From positions 800,001-864,000 of the forward strand of contig OZ244720.1 of the NCBI GenBank assembly GCA_965219085.1: a stretch of DNA of 64,000 nt, read 5' to 3'. Origin of the DNA: Dehalococcoidia bacterium. Lineage in GTDB: Bacteria; Chloroflexota; Dehalococcoidia; UBA2979. Below, in pieces: positions 52,920 through 64,000 of the stretch; positions within the stretch are counted from its first letter, which is position 1, and every line of letters begins with the position of its first letter. The position numbers and the translations under genes were made by a program. The notes under the pieces were generated by a model, which was not told where the DNA came from, made no database searches, and saw nothing but the letters and a program-made list of their open reading frames with translations.

Positions 52920-53012
52920 ACGCGCAGGGTTTCGCTCCAGCTTGCTATGCCACAATGCGCGCCAGCATCGTGCCGTCCCCGGAGGACGACCCCTGTATGA
53001 AGACTCGAGACC

Positions 53013-53942
53013 GTGTCCCGCCTGCCCCCCCTTGAGAGCCTGCGCTTCTTCGAGGCGGCCGCCCGCCACGAGAGCTTCTCCAAGGCCGCGGCCGAGCTGG
53101 GCGTCACGGCGGCGGCCGTCGCCTACCGCGTGCGCGCCCTCGATGAGCATCTCGACGCCGCGCTCTTCGAACGCCGCCAGCGGGGCGTGCTCCTCAATGC
53201 CCGGGGTCGGGCCTACCTGCAGGAGGTGCAGCGCATCCTCGCCGAGTTCCACGGCGTCTCCGAGCGCCACAGCCGCCAGCCGCGCCGTGTCCGCATCATC
53301 TCGGTGGAGGCGGTCGCTGAGAAGTGGCTGCTGCCGAGGCTGGCGGCGCTCGAGGCGGCCCATCCCGGCATCGCCATCGAGCTGGAGACCAACCACCGCG
53401 GTGTCGACCCCGGCAGCCGCGACTTCGACGCCTGGATCGCCTACACCGGCGCGACCGCGGCGCCGCACCCGGCCACGCGGCGCGTCGACACGCTGATCGA
53501 GGAGACGCTCTACGAGGAGCAGCTGCTTCCGGTCTGCAGCCCGGCCTTGCTCGCGGCGCGCGGGCAGCCCCGCGGCGCGGTCGAGCTGGACGGCTGGCCC
53601 CTGCTCTACGACCTGGGCTGGGACACCGACTGGGCGTACTGGTCCGCCTGCCAGCACGAGCCCGCGCCGGACCTCTCGCGGGCCTCGGGCTTCCGCCTCT
53701 ACAGCATGGTGGTCGACGCCGCCGGCCAGGGGCTCGGGGCCGCGATCGGGCGCCCGGCGCTGATTGCGGACGAGCTCGCGAGTGGGGTGCTTGTCCCCGT
53801 CTTGGAGCAGCAGGCCGACGCCCCCGAGCGCTGCTGCCTCATCACCACCGCAGCCTCCCGGCGCAAGCCCGAGGTCCAGGCCTTCCGCCAGTGGATCCTC
53901 CGTCAGGCCCGATCCCCCGCGCATCCAACGCGAGCACGCTGA
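53013..53942 (+). CDS. LysR-family transcriptional regulator (GcvA-like)
   Basis: LPPLESLRFFEAAARHESFSKAAAELGVT HTH; WLLPRL..L...HP.I; GLGAA. Confidence 0.95.
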   Translation: MSRLPPLESLRFFEAAARHESFSKAAAELGVTAAAVAYRVRALDEHLDAALFERRQRGVLLNARGRAYLQEVQRILAEFHGVSERHSRQPRRVRIISVEAVAEKWLLPRLAALEAAHPGIAIELETNHRGVDPGSRDFDAWIAYTGATAAPHPATRRVDTLIEETLYEEQLLPVCSPALLAARGQPRGAVELDGWPLLYDLGWDTDWAYWSACQHEPAPDLSRASGFRLYSMVVDAAGQGLGAAIGRPALIADELASGVLVPVLEQQADAPERCCLITTAASRRKPEVQAFRQWILRQARSPAHPTRAR

Positions 53943-54099
53943 CCCAGGGCCCAGCACGCCGCTGGGCACCCCCAGGGCATCCGCCATGTGACGACAGCGC
54001 GCACGCCTCGGTGAGCTAACGATCACCGACGTGGAGCGTCTCCGCGGGGCCCGGACCGCTCCTCGCGATCCTGGCGCGCGAACGGGCGAAGCTCTCCTG

Positions 54100-54545
54100 C
54101 CGCTGGCAGCCCGCGGTCGTCCAGCGCCGGGCGACCACCGCGCGCGGGCTCGTGCGCCACGAGGAGACGGGCGCGCCCTTCCGCATGCCGTGCTGCCCGG
54201 ACTGTCATGCGCAGATCGTGGACGTGGACGGCGTGCCGCTCCTCCAGCGCGAGGCATCGCCCCCGGCATGCTCGGCGCCGCCCGCGGCAGGTCGCTCAGC
54301 CTCAGCGGGCACGCTCACGGGCGGCGACTCCTCGGCCCTCTTCCACCTGCTCACCGGTTCAACCCGCAGATCCGGACCGCGTTCGGGCGGGGGGAGGAAA
54401 GCCGCTGGATCGAGCGCTACGGCTTCGTCGAGCACACGATCGGCCGCGACGACGACGCGGCCGGGGAGGACGGGTGCACGAGCCGCCGCCGCAAGTACCG
54501 GAAGGTCGTGCGGGAGCAACCGGGGCTCGCCCCCGCCGCAGTCTC
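54100..54545 (+). pseudogene. Fragmentary relic, probably of a mobile-element SF2 helicase
   Basis: Frame-broken pieces CCPDCHAQIVD.DG.P, GTLTGG.SS.LFHLL, RFNPQIR..FGR..E.RWIERYGF, RKVVREQPG; family assignment from memory. Confidence 0.45.
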
Positions 54546-54835
54546 GAAGGGCTCGCGGCGGCTGCTCGCGACCTACCTGCAGGCGCTCCTCGGCATCTCC
54601 CGCCACACCGTTCCGGAGGTACGTCCTCGCCGATGCCCCGCCTCCGCGACGCCCTCCGCTACATCGTCCCGGGTCGAGACCTCCGCCTCGAGTGAGACAT
54701 TCGCTGAGGAGTTGAGGTGACATGATCGCTGGACGCCGACAGTGCATGCACCGTCGGTGAGCGCGCGCGTCACGACGCCCGGAGCGCGGCGGGAGCCGCC
54801 ACGGACGGTCGCCTCCACGCTCGTGTTCGGCGCTG

Positions 54836-54870
54836 TTGACCAAGCCCCCTTATCCCATTGACACCCTCCC
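54836..54870 (+). promoter_or_regulatory. Conserved motif copy D
   Basis: ttgaccaagcccccttatcccattgacacc upstream of the lipoprotein-protease operon. Confidence 0.65.
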
Positions 54871-54894
54871 CGCGCCCCGCGCTCCCTATGGCCG

Positions 54895-56040
54895 ATGCAC
54901 GGGATGCGAGCACTTCTCGGAGGGGGCGTCCGCCAGGCGGGTGACGCTGTGCCGGCGGTGGGCATACGGCGCGCGGCACGGCGTCGGCCGCCGATCCCAC
55001 GCCGTCTTCCGCCAGCGTGGCGCTGGCCTGCCCCGGGGGCCGGCGGGTCGGCGCTTGTGCTGCTGGCCGTGTGGGCAGCGGTCCTCCTCGCCTGTGGAGA
55101 CGGCGGAGTGCGCGAGCCCCATGCGGGCAGCCCCGCGACCGCGGAGACCGCCAGCCCCGCCGTAATCGCGACGCAGGCCGCGGTCGGGGCGCGCTCACAG
55201 CCGGCGACCACCACCGCTCCCGTCACGGCGACCGCCACCAGTCCGGCCGCGGCAACCGCCACCAGTCCGGCCACGGCGACCGCCACCACGCCAGCTGCGG
55301 CAACCGCCACCACGCCAGCCGCGGCAACCGCCACCAGTCCGGCCACGGCAACCGCCACCACGCCGACCGCCCCTACGCCAGCCGCGGCGACCACCCCTGC
55401 TCCAGCTACGGCGAGCGCCACCACTCCGTCCCCGGAGGCCGACGCCTCGGGCACGCCTGCGTCCTCCGCAGGCACGGAGCGGCCCGCCGCGCCCAGCGGG
55501 GCCCGCGCGCCGAGCGGGGGCGCCCGGCAGGCGCCCGCCGATCCGGCCGGGAACGCGACAACCGTCTCCAAGCCGGCGCCGACGGACGCTGACGCGGGCG
55601 TGCCCTACACCTGGCGGGACGGCGACCGCACGAGGCGCGCCCGGCTGCAGCCCCACCTCGTCCTGCAGCGCAGCAGCGCGAACGCCAAGGACGATGTGGT
55701 CCTGCACGACGACGGGCGCGAGAGCATCGTCGAGCGCCGCGCGCGGCACGCCGAGGGCGGGCCGCCGGTCTTCCGAAATGAAGGCGGATCGCTCGTGACG
55801 CTGCCCGGCGGTGTGCTGCTGGTGCTCGATCCGGGTTGGGACGAGACCCGGATCAACCGCTTCTTTTCGGTCAACGCGATCAAGCCGGACCGCGTCACGG
55901 CGCAGGCCTTCGCCGACAACGCCTTCCTGGTTGCGACCGAGCCCGGCTGGGCCTCGCTGGAGCTGGCCAACGCGCTGGCCGAGCAGGACGGCGTGCTGAT
56001 CGCCAGTCCCAACTGGCGATCGCAGATCACGCTGCGATGA
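54895..56040 (+). CDS. Lipoprotein with Thr/Ala/Pro linker and C-terminal subtilase-propeptide/chaperone-like domain
   Basis: Lipobox LLAC; TATATSPA repeats; C-terminal LPGGVLLVL...SLELANAL....GV..ASPNW; stop overlaps the protease start (ATGA). Start codon uncertain. Confidence 0.75.
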   Translation: MHGMRALLGGGVRQAGDAVPAVGIRRAARRRPPIPRRLPPAWRWPAPGAGGSALVLLAVWAAVLLACGDGGVREPHAGSPATAETASPAVIATQAAVGARSQPATTTAPVTATATSPAAATATSPATATATTPAAATATTPAAATATSPATATATTPTAPTPAAATTPAPATASATTPSPEADASGTPASSAGTERPAAPSGARAPSGGARQAPADPAGNATTVSKPAPTDADAGVPYTWRDGDRTRRARLQPHLVLQRSSANAKDDVVLHDDGRESIVERRARHAEGGPPVFRNEGGSLVTLPGGVLLVLDPGWDETRINRFFSVNAIKPDRVTAQAFADNAFLVATEPGWASLELANALAEQDGVLIASPNWRSQITLR

Positions 56041-59000
56041 GAGCTTGGGTCGCGGTCGCGGTCATCATTGCCTGCGCGCTGGTGGCTTGGGTGGCGGCCA
56101 ATGAGGCGCGCGCCCAGGCCGTGCCGGCGGCGCCGACCGGGATCATGCTGACGGCCACGACGAACTCGCTCAGCGTCGGCTGGACCGTGCCGGCGAGTGA
56201 CGGCGACTCACCGATCACGTTCTACGACCTGCACTACATCGAGAGCGCCGCGACGGACAAGGCCGATGACAAGTGGACACTCGTGACGCGCGTCTGGAGC
56301 GATGGCGAACTCAGCTACACGCTCGCGGAGCTGCTGGACGGGGTCGCCTACGACGTGCGGCTGCGGGCCGTCAACAGCGTCGGTCCCGGCGAGTGGTCGG
56401 CCACGACATCGGCGTCGACCAGCGACCACGGCGGCACCGACGCGACGGCCACGAAGCTGGCGCTGGGTAGGTCACTCCCGGGACGGATCGACACCGGCGG
56501 CGACGAGGATCGCTTCAGGATCGTACTCCAAGAGCAGACCGATCTGTGGCTCTATACGACGGGCGAGGCAGATACCGCGGGCGAACTGACCCGAGGCGGC
56601 ACGGTGTTGCATTCGAATGGCGACGGCCAGCTGCCGCCCAATCCGCGCAACTTCTCTTTGCGCGAGGTAGTTGACGCCGGAACCTACTACGTGATCGTTC
56701 GCGGCCAACAGGGCGCAGCGCCGGTCGACTACCGGCTGCACGCCGCCGCGGTGCAGGCCGTGGGCAGCAGCACCTCGAAGAGGGTCGAGCTGGGCTCGCT
56801 GACGCCTGCTCGCCTGGTCCGGAACGGTTGGGTCGACCGATTCAGGATTGTGCTGACCGAAGCCACCGACCTCTGGGTGATGTCGATCGGCGCGACCGAT
56901 ACGGTGGGCGGGCTATATGACGCCGACGACGAACCGATCGCCGATTCAGACGACGGCTCGCTGCCCGGGAACTACCTCGGGTTCAACCTTCGCGCACAAG
57001 TTGATGCGGGTACCTATTACATCCGGGTCGAGGGCTTCGCTGCCCGAGAGGAGGGGCCCTACATCCTCTACACGGCGGCGGCGGGCGATCCCGGCGACTC
57101 GATCGCTGCCGCCACCCCACTCAGGTTCGACCTGCCGGCAGCCGGCCGGATCGAACCGGCCGGCGACGAAGACTACTTCAGCCTCAGCGTGCCCACGCCT
57201 GGCGAAGTGACGCTATGCGCCCTCAAATTCGACCGCGAGCGGTTCCGGCTCAACATGGCGCTGTCCGACGCGGACGGGAACCCCGTCGGGATCAGCGTCA
57301 CGCGGGGGATAGGCTGCGGCTTATATGCACTGGGCCCATCCAGCGTCGCGAGCATGATCCGCCTGGGCGCGGGCGTCTACCACCTGCGCGTGACGATGAG
57401 CGGCGATCGGACAGAAGCGTACACGCTCGCGGCCCAGCTCGATCCGGAGACGAGAGAAATGGAGCGGGACTGCCTGTCCCGCGGCTCCTCACAGAGCGAC
57501 CCCCTGTACGGCTGCCAGTGGTACCTCAACAACACCGGGCAGTACGGCCGTGGAGCGGGGCAGGACATCAATGTCGAGGAGATCTGGGCGACCAACAAGG
57601 GCGCGGGCGTCAACGTGGCCGTGGTCGACGATGGGCTGGACCTCGATCACGAAGACCTGAGCGCAAACATCAGCCTGGAGGGCAGTCACGACTACACGCC
57701 GGAGGTGCCCTGGGATAGCAGGACCGACTGGCATTCCACGTATGTGGGCGGCGTGATCGGCGCCCGCGACAACGCCCTCGGCGTTCGCGGAATCGCGCCC
57801 AGAGCGACGCTCTACAGCTATCGCGCGCTGCTGGGCACAGGGGCGGATCGGATCGACGCGCTGGTGCACCAGATGGCGGAGGTCGCGGTCTCGAACCACA
57901 GTTACGGTTTCGAGGACAATGGCCAGTACCACTACGCGGGGAGGCCCTGGGAGATGGCGGTCGAGCGCGGGGTGCACGAAGGCTACGGCGGCAAGGGCGT
58001 TTTCTACGTCTGGGCCGCCGGCAACGGCTCCGCTTTTGGCGACACCGCCAACTATGACTCAAAGGCGAATCACTACGGGATCACGGCGGCCTGCGCCGTC
58101 GATTACCTAGACGCGCGGTCGGGCTACTCGGAGCTGGGCGCCAACCTCTGGGTCTGCGCTCCGTCCTCGCCCGGCGGTTTCAGCTTTCTCCCGCGAATCA
58201 CCACGACTGACAACTCCAATCGCTACACACATATCTTCGGCGGGACCTCGGCCACGGCGCCGATTGTCGCCGGGGTGGCGGCGCTGCTGCGCGCCGCCCA
58301 TCGCGAGCTGAGCTGGCGCGATCTGAAGCTGATCCTGGCCGGCTCGGCGCGCCGCAACGACCCTGGACACAGCCACTGGGAAGAGGGCGCGCTGAAGTAC
58401 GGCTCGACCGACGAGCGTTACTGGTTCAGCCACAGTTACGGCTTCGGCGTGGTCGACGCCGGGGCGGCGATGGCGCTGGCCGACGACTGGACCAGCCCGC
58501 CCGCCTGGCGCGAACTCAGCGCGACCTCCAACGAGCAGATCGTGTTTGGCAGCGGCGAGACCGGTAGCAGCAGCATCACGCTCGATCCCCATGTGGACTT
58601 CGTCGAGTTCGTCGCCGTCGAACTCGAAATCAGCCACCTCTACTACCGGCATCTGCGGATCAAGCTGACCTCTCCCAGCGGGGAGACATCCACCCTCGTC
58701 TTTCCGCTCACCATCAGAGGTGAGATCGAGCCCTGGGTGAAGGCGACGCCGCGCTTCGGTTCGGCCAAGCACCTGGGCGAGAACGCGGCCGGCGAATGGA
58801 CCCTGGAAATCGTCAACGAGGGAGTCGTTGGTCCCGCAACACTCCATTCCTGGAAGCTGACCGCCTACGGCCACGGCTACAACCCGGGCTTCGCCGAGCT
58901 GCGCGCGGTCGCGGCCCGCGACCGTGCGATCCTCGTCGTCTGGGAGGCGCCGACCGACACCGGCGCAACGGCCGTCAGCTCCTACGACCTGCGCTACCGG

Positions 59001-61593
59001 CGCAGCGACGCGGCGGGCCAGGCGGAGGGCGGCGGGTGGACGGAGCGGAGCGGCGTCTGGTCCTCGGGATCGTTATCGTTGTCGTATCAGCTCGAGGGGT
59101 TGGTCGCGGGCGGGCGCTACGAACTGCAGCTGCGGGCGGTCAATGAGGCCGGCCCCGGTCCCTGGTCGGAGAGCCTGGAGGCGGCGACCGAGGCGGTCGC
59201 GCCGGAGGCGCCCGCGATTACGCAGGTCGAACCCGGCAACGCCGCGCTCAAGCTGAACTGGACAGCGCCGGCCCACGACGGCGGGGCGGCGATCACCTCC
59301 TACGACGTGCGCTCGATCGCGACCAGCGCCGACGAGACCGTGGACGCCAACTGGACTCCCTCCGCCGGCGCGTGGACGTCAGGCGCGCTCGAACACAGGC
59401 TCACGGGACTGAGCAACGGCGTCTCCTACGACGTGCAGGTGCGGGCGGTCAACCGGGTCGGGGCGGGCGACTGGTCGGCGATATCCGAGGGAACCCCGCG
59501 CACGGTGCCGGGGGCGCCGGCGGTCGAGACGGTGAGCGGGGGCCGGCGCAGTCTCACGGTCGCGTGGAGCGCGCCCGCCGGCGGCGTCGGCGCGGCCATC
59601 AGCTCCTATGCCATGCAGTACATCCGCAGCGACGCCGCGGACAAGAGCGCCGCCCGGTGGTCTCCCGCCCCGGTCGCATGGACCCCCGGCGACACCCTCC
59701 GCGCAACCATCACCGGCCTCGAGGACGGCGCCGGCTACGACGTGCAGGTGCGGGCGCTGAACACGGTCGGCGCGGGCCTCTGGTCGGCCAGCGGCACCGG
59801 CCAGACCCTCCCCTCGGAGGATGCCACGCTCAGCGGCCTGCAGCTGCCCGGGGTGCGGCTGGCGCCCGCGTTCGCGAGCGAGACGACCGAGTACGCGGCG
59901 GCCGTGGGGTACACGGTGCGGCGGGTCACGGTCGAGGCGGCGCGGAGCGACGGCGACGCCACAGTCGCGTACCTCGACGGTAACGGCATGTCACTCAGCG
60001 ACGCCGACGCCGATAGCGCAAACGGCTTCCAGGCCGACCTGTCGGTCGGGGAGAACGTGATCCGGGTACGGGTGACGGCCGAGGACGGCACCACGACGCG
60101 GACCTACCGCGTCACGGTGACGCGCACCAAAGAAGACCTGTCGCTCACGCCGGCGGTAAGCGATCCGTCCGCCCCGTTCGCCTCCACGGCGACCTACAGC
60201 ATCCGCTTCCAGGGTGACTGGAGGACCGCCGTGACGCCCGCGGGCCTGCCCTCGGGCGCGCACTTCTCGCGCCTGATCGGCGGCGTCCACAACGCCGGCG
60301 TGAGCTTCCTCGAGAGCGGCGGGAGGGCCAGTGCGGGTGTCGAGTCGATGGCGGAGGTCGGGGGCTGGACGGGCCTGCGAGACGAGGTCCAGAACGCCGG
60401 CGCGAACGCGCTCGGGGTCCTGGTTGGCGACACCGACAACATCGGGCCGACGACCGCGAAGACGCTGACCGCCGAACTCGCCGGCTCGCACCCGCGGGTC
60501 ACGCTGACGACCATGATCGCGCCCAGCCACGACTGGTTCGTCGGCGTCTCCGGTCTGCCGCTGCTCAACGCCTCCGGTCTCTGGCTGCGCTCGCACGAGC
60601 TGCCGCTCTATCCCTGGGATGCCGGCACCGAGGAGGGCGACGACTTCTCGCTCGAACCCAGCGTCGACACCACGCGCGGTGTCATCACGAGCATCCGCGG
60701 CACGGGCAAGTTCACCACCGAGCGGATCGCCGGCCTCACCTTCACGCTCCAGTCGGTCGAGACCACGCGCAGTCTCGTCGAGAACACGGCCGGGGTCGTG
60801 GACCTGGGGCCGCCGGTCGCGCCCGTGGCGAGCGATGGCGCGGTCGGCTACACGCTCGGCGGCGCCGACGCCGCCTCGTTCGACCTCGACGAGGCGACGG
60901 GCCAGCTGAGCACGAAGGCGGGCGCAACCTTCAACCACGAGGAACAGGGCAGCCACAGCGTGACCGTCACCGCCACGGACACCGACGGCCCGGTCGTCAC
61001 GACCGTGCAGATTCACGTCACCGACCTCGACGAACCGCCGGCCATCGCGGGGCCGGAGGCCAGGGACTATCGGGAGAACGCAACGACCTCCGTGGCCACC
61101 TACCGCGCCAGCGATCCGGAGGAGGCGCCGGTCGAGTGGTCACTCTCGGGAGACGACCGGAGTCACTTCTCCATCTCCGGCGGCGTGCTCAGCTTCGACC
61201 AGCCCCCCGACTACGATGCGCGGGCCGACTCGGACGGAAACAACGACTACGAGGTCACCGTCGAAGCGTCCGACGGTAGCCTCAGCGGGCGCCTCGACGT
61301 GACCGTCACGGTCAGCGACGTCAACGAACCGCCGGAGATCACCCCCGCGGACGACATCGCGGTCGACGAGAACTACGACGGAACGCTTGCCGCCTTCAGC
61401 GCACGCGACCCCGAGAACGAGCCGGGCCTCACCTACACCTGGTCGCTGGCGGGAACCGACGCGGGCGACTTCAACCTCGGCGAGGCCGGCGTGCTTGCGT
61501 TCAAGCACATCCCCGACGCCGACAACCCGGCCGACTCCGGGCGGGACAACGTCTACGACATCACGGTGCGCGCCGAGGACAGCGCGGGCCTTA

Positions 61594-62775
61594 GGGATGG
61601 TCTGAACAGGTGGCGTATCGGGCGCGGTGCGGGTCGATCGGCGTACTGCGCTGCGCTGCGCTGCGGGGGCCGATACCGCGGTCCATGGGTGGTCTCGCCT
61701 CCATGTCGCTCCGGAAGCGCTCCGGCGGGCGATTCGGGACGCACGGCTCCCGCGATCACGCGAGCTGAGGCTCGGCTCGCAACAGGTTCGTGAAACCGAG
61801 CAGCAGCGTGAGACGCTCGCGGTTCTTCTCAAGACCCCGGTAGCGGACCTTCGCGTACCCGAAGTGCCGCTTCACGTAGAGAAACGGATGCTCAACCTTC
61901 GCTCGCACCGAGGCCTTGCGCCGCTCCGCCTGCGCCTCAGCGCCCCCCGGCGCCAGCTGCCGCCTGAGACCCGGACGCAGCGCCACCTGCCAGCTCACCT
62001 CCGACCCCGCGTGCTCCGGGCGCTTCTCCACTCCCTGGTAGCCGGCGTCGCCCCACGCCTCCGTCTCGCCGCCGTGCAAGAGGTGATGCGCCTCGGTCAC
62101 GTCGGAGACGTTCGCCGCCGTCGTGCTCACGCTGTGGACCAGTCCCGTCCGCGCATCCGTGCCGGTGTGCAGCTTCATCCCGAAGTACCACTGCCGGCCC
62201 TTTCTGGTCTGGTGCATCTCGGGGTCGCGCGCACGCTCGCGGTTCTTCGTCGATGACGGCGCGCTGATGATCGTGGAGTCCACGATCGTGCCCTCGCGCA
62301 CCTGCAGCCCCTGCCGTGCGAGGTGCGCGTTGATCGTCGCGAACAGCGCCGTTCCCAGCTGATGACGCTCCAGCAGATGGCGGAAGTTGAGGATCGTCGT
62401 CTCATCGGGAATCGGCTCGGAGAGGCTGAGACCGGCGAACTCGAGCATCGAACGGGAGTCGTAGAGTTCCTGCTCCATGCCAGGGTCGCTGAGGTTGAAC
62501 CAGAGTTGGAGGCAGTGGATGCGCAGCATCACGCGCAGCGGGTAGGGGCGGCGCCCGCGGCCCGGCTTCGGGTAGACGGGCGCGATGCGCTGCTCCAGCT
62601 CAGCCCAGGGGACGAGCCTGTCCATGCGCTCGAGGAACGCCTGCCGCCTCGTCTTGACCTTCTTGTGCTCGTACTCGACGCTGCCGAACGAACGCTGCTG
62701 CATGGGGCGCCCCTCTCCGGGTCGCCCCATGATCGCATCTGCTCACCCGCTCAGGCGAGTTGTTCAGACCATCCC
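61594..62775 (-). mobile_element. IS5-family element
   Basis: Perfect 15-bp IRs gggatggtctgaaca / tgttcagaccatccc; TA(G) target duplication. Confidence 0.95.
61756..62703 (-). CDS. IS5-family transposase
   Basis: MQQRSF, KTRR..FL..M, PDETTILNFRHLLE, IVDSTII, WYFGMKLH, GDAGYQG, RAKVEHPF. Confidence 0.95.
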   Translation of the reverse strand: MQQRSFGSVEYEHKKVKTRRQAFLERMDRLVPWAELEQRIAPVYPKPGRGRRPYPLRVMLRIHCLQLWFNLSDPGMEQELYDSRSMLEFAGLSLSEPIPDETTILNFRHLLERHQLGTALFATINAHLARQGLQVREGTIVDSTIISAPSSTKNRERARDPEMHQTRKGRQWYFGMKLHTGTDARTGLVHSVSTTAANVSDVTEAHHLLHGGETEAWGDAGYQGVEKRPEHAGSEVSWQVALRPGLRRQLAPGGAEAQAERRKASVRAKVEHPFLYVKRHFGYAKVRYRGLEKNRERLTLLLGFTNLLRAEPQLA

Positions 62776-64000
62776 TAGGGGCAGCATCGACATCACCGTA
62801 ACGGTCAGACCCGTCAACGAGCCGCCCACCATCAACGGCGACGCGACTCCCGGCATCAAGGAGGAGGGTTCGCTCCTCGTCGGGACGTACCGGGCCAGCG
62901 ACCCGGAGGGCGACACCATCGCCTGGCAACCGCTCGGCGGGAGCGACGGCGACAGGTTCGAGTTCACCTCCTCGAACGGCAGGCTCGCGTTCAAGGCGGC
63001 GCCGGACTACGAGTCCCCGACGGACGTAGGGCGCAACAACGAGTACTCGGTGAGGCTGCGCGCCTCCGACGGCTCGAACATGGAGACGCACGACGTGATG
63101 GTGACCGTCACGAACGAGGAGGAGCCCGGAACGCTCGGCCTCTCCTCGGAGCAGCCGCTGGTGGGGACCGTCCTCACGGCCACCTTCGCGGACCCCGACG
63201 GCGTGCTCAGTGAGTCGTGGTCCTGGCAGCGCTCGCCGAACCGCAGCACCTGGAGCGAGATCGGCGGCGCCGCGAGCGAGCGCTACACGCCGCTCGCTGC
63301 CGACCTGAACCACTACCTGCGGGTGACGGTCGACTACACCGACGGCCACGGCCCAGACAAGCGCATCCAGAAGAGGGCGGACGACCGCGTCGAGGAGCCG
63401 CCCCCGGTGAACTACCCACCGGAGTTCCCCGGCTCCACGGCGGAGCGCTCCATCGCCGAGAACGCGGCCGAGGGAACGCCTGTCGGCGACCCGGTCAGCG
63501 CCACCGATGCCAACGACGACACGCTGACCTACGCGCTCGCTGCGGACCCCTTCACGATCGACGACGATGGCCAGATCCGGGTCGCGCGGGGCGCGGCGCT
63601 CGACTACGAGGCGGGAACGCTGTACGTCGTCACCGTGACCGCCACCGATCCCTCCAACGCCAACGCCATTGTTTTCGTCAGCATCAGCGTCACGGACGTG
63701 AACGAGCCGCCGGAGGCCGTGGACGACCCGCGTACGACCGATGAGGACGAGGAGTTGACCATCGACGTCATCGCCAACGACCGCGATCCCGAGAACGACG
63801 ACCTCACCGTCAGCCTCCGGAACAGGCCCCGCAACGGGTCCGCAACGGTCGAGACCGACAACACCGTCACCTATACGCCCAACGCCAACTACCACGGCGC
63901 CGACAGCTTCACCTACAGCATCTCCGATGGCAGTCTCAGCTCCGGGCAGGCCACGGTCGCCGTCACCATCGATCCGGTGAACGACGACCCCGCGTTCGCG

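Larger units (their letters stand above)
56037..64000 (+). pseudogene. Giant surface protein 5: FN3, PPC-like repeats, kexin-like S8 protease with P-domain, FN3s, beta-sandwich, Spondin_N, cadherins; interrupted by IS5, runs off the window
   Basis: Signal MRAWVAVAVIIACALVAWVAANEARA; VAVVDDG, HSTYVGG, WAAGNG, GGTSATAP, SYGFG; frame restored on IS removal (AGLRGSIDITV) and open to the window end. Confidence 0.9.

Noticed and set aside
55200-55400. Short tandem repeats (gcaaccgccacca...) as a CRISPR array
   Set aside because: In-frame 24-bp low-complexity linker codons, no unique spacers, no cas genes.
55836-56036. ORF-track start of the protease at 55836
   Set aside because: Overlaps the lipoprotein; the signal peptide begins at ATG 56037.

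Overview
High-GC (roughly 69% by eye) accessory region. The domain repertoire and the serine-recombinase/HTH module suggest Chloroflexota (Dehalococcoidia-like, possibly a sponge symbiont); this is an inference. Five giant secreted or surface proteins dominate the window (<3-5395, 5696-14332, 21716-34633, 50216-41499 on the minus strand, 56037->64000). They are built from cadherin, FN3, Calx-beta, beta-sandwich and beta-propeller repeats. Four carry different enzyme or eukaryote-like domains: arylsulfotransferase, HExxH peptidase plus spondin, metallophosphoesterase plus PPDK-type ATP-grasp, and kexin-like S8 protease plus spondin. Three end in a near-identical ~1.7 kb module (beta-propeller, beta-sandwich, twin Cys-containing terminal domain). 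A conserved TTGACCAA-N6-TTATGTCATTGAC motif precedes four of these transcription units, and a variant lies beside a LysR gene. Between the giant genes are IS1202/ISNCY, IS21, IS1182, IS256 and IS5 elements, a HEPN protein, toxin-antitoxin pairs, a decayed serine-recombinase element with a cluster of small HTH genes, DUF1015, and several gene relics. Several frameshifts fall in homopolymers and could be assembly errors. No rRNA, intact tRNA or CRISPR array was seen. All family assignments are from motif recognition by eye, not database searches.
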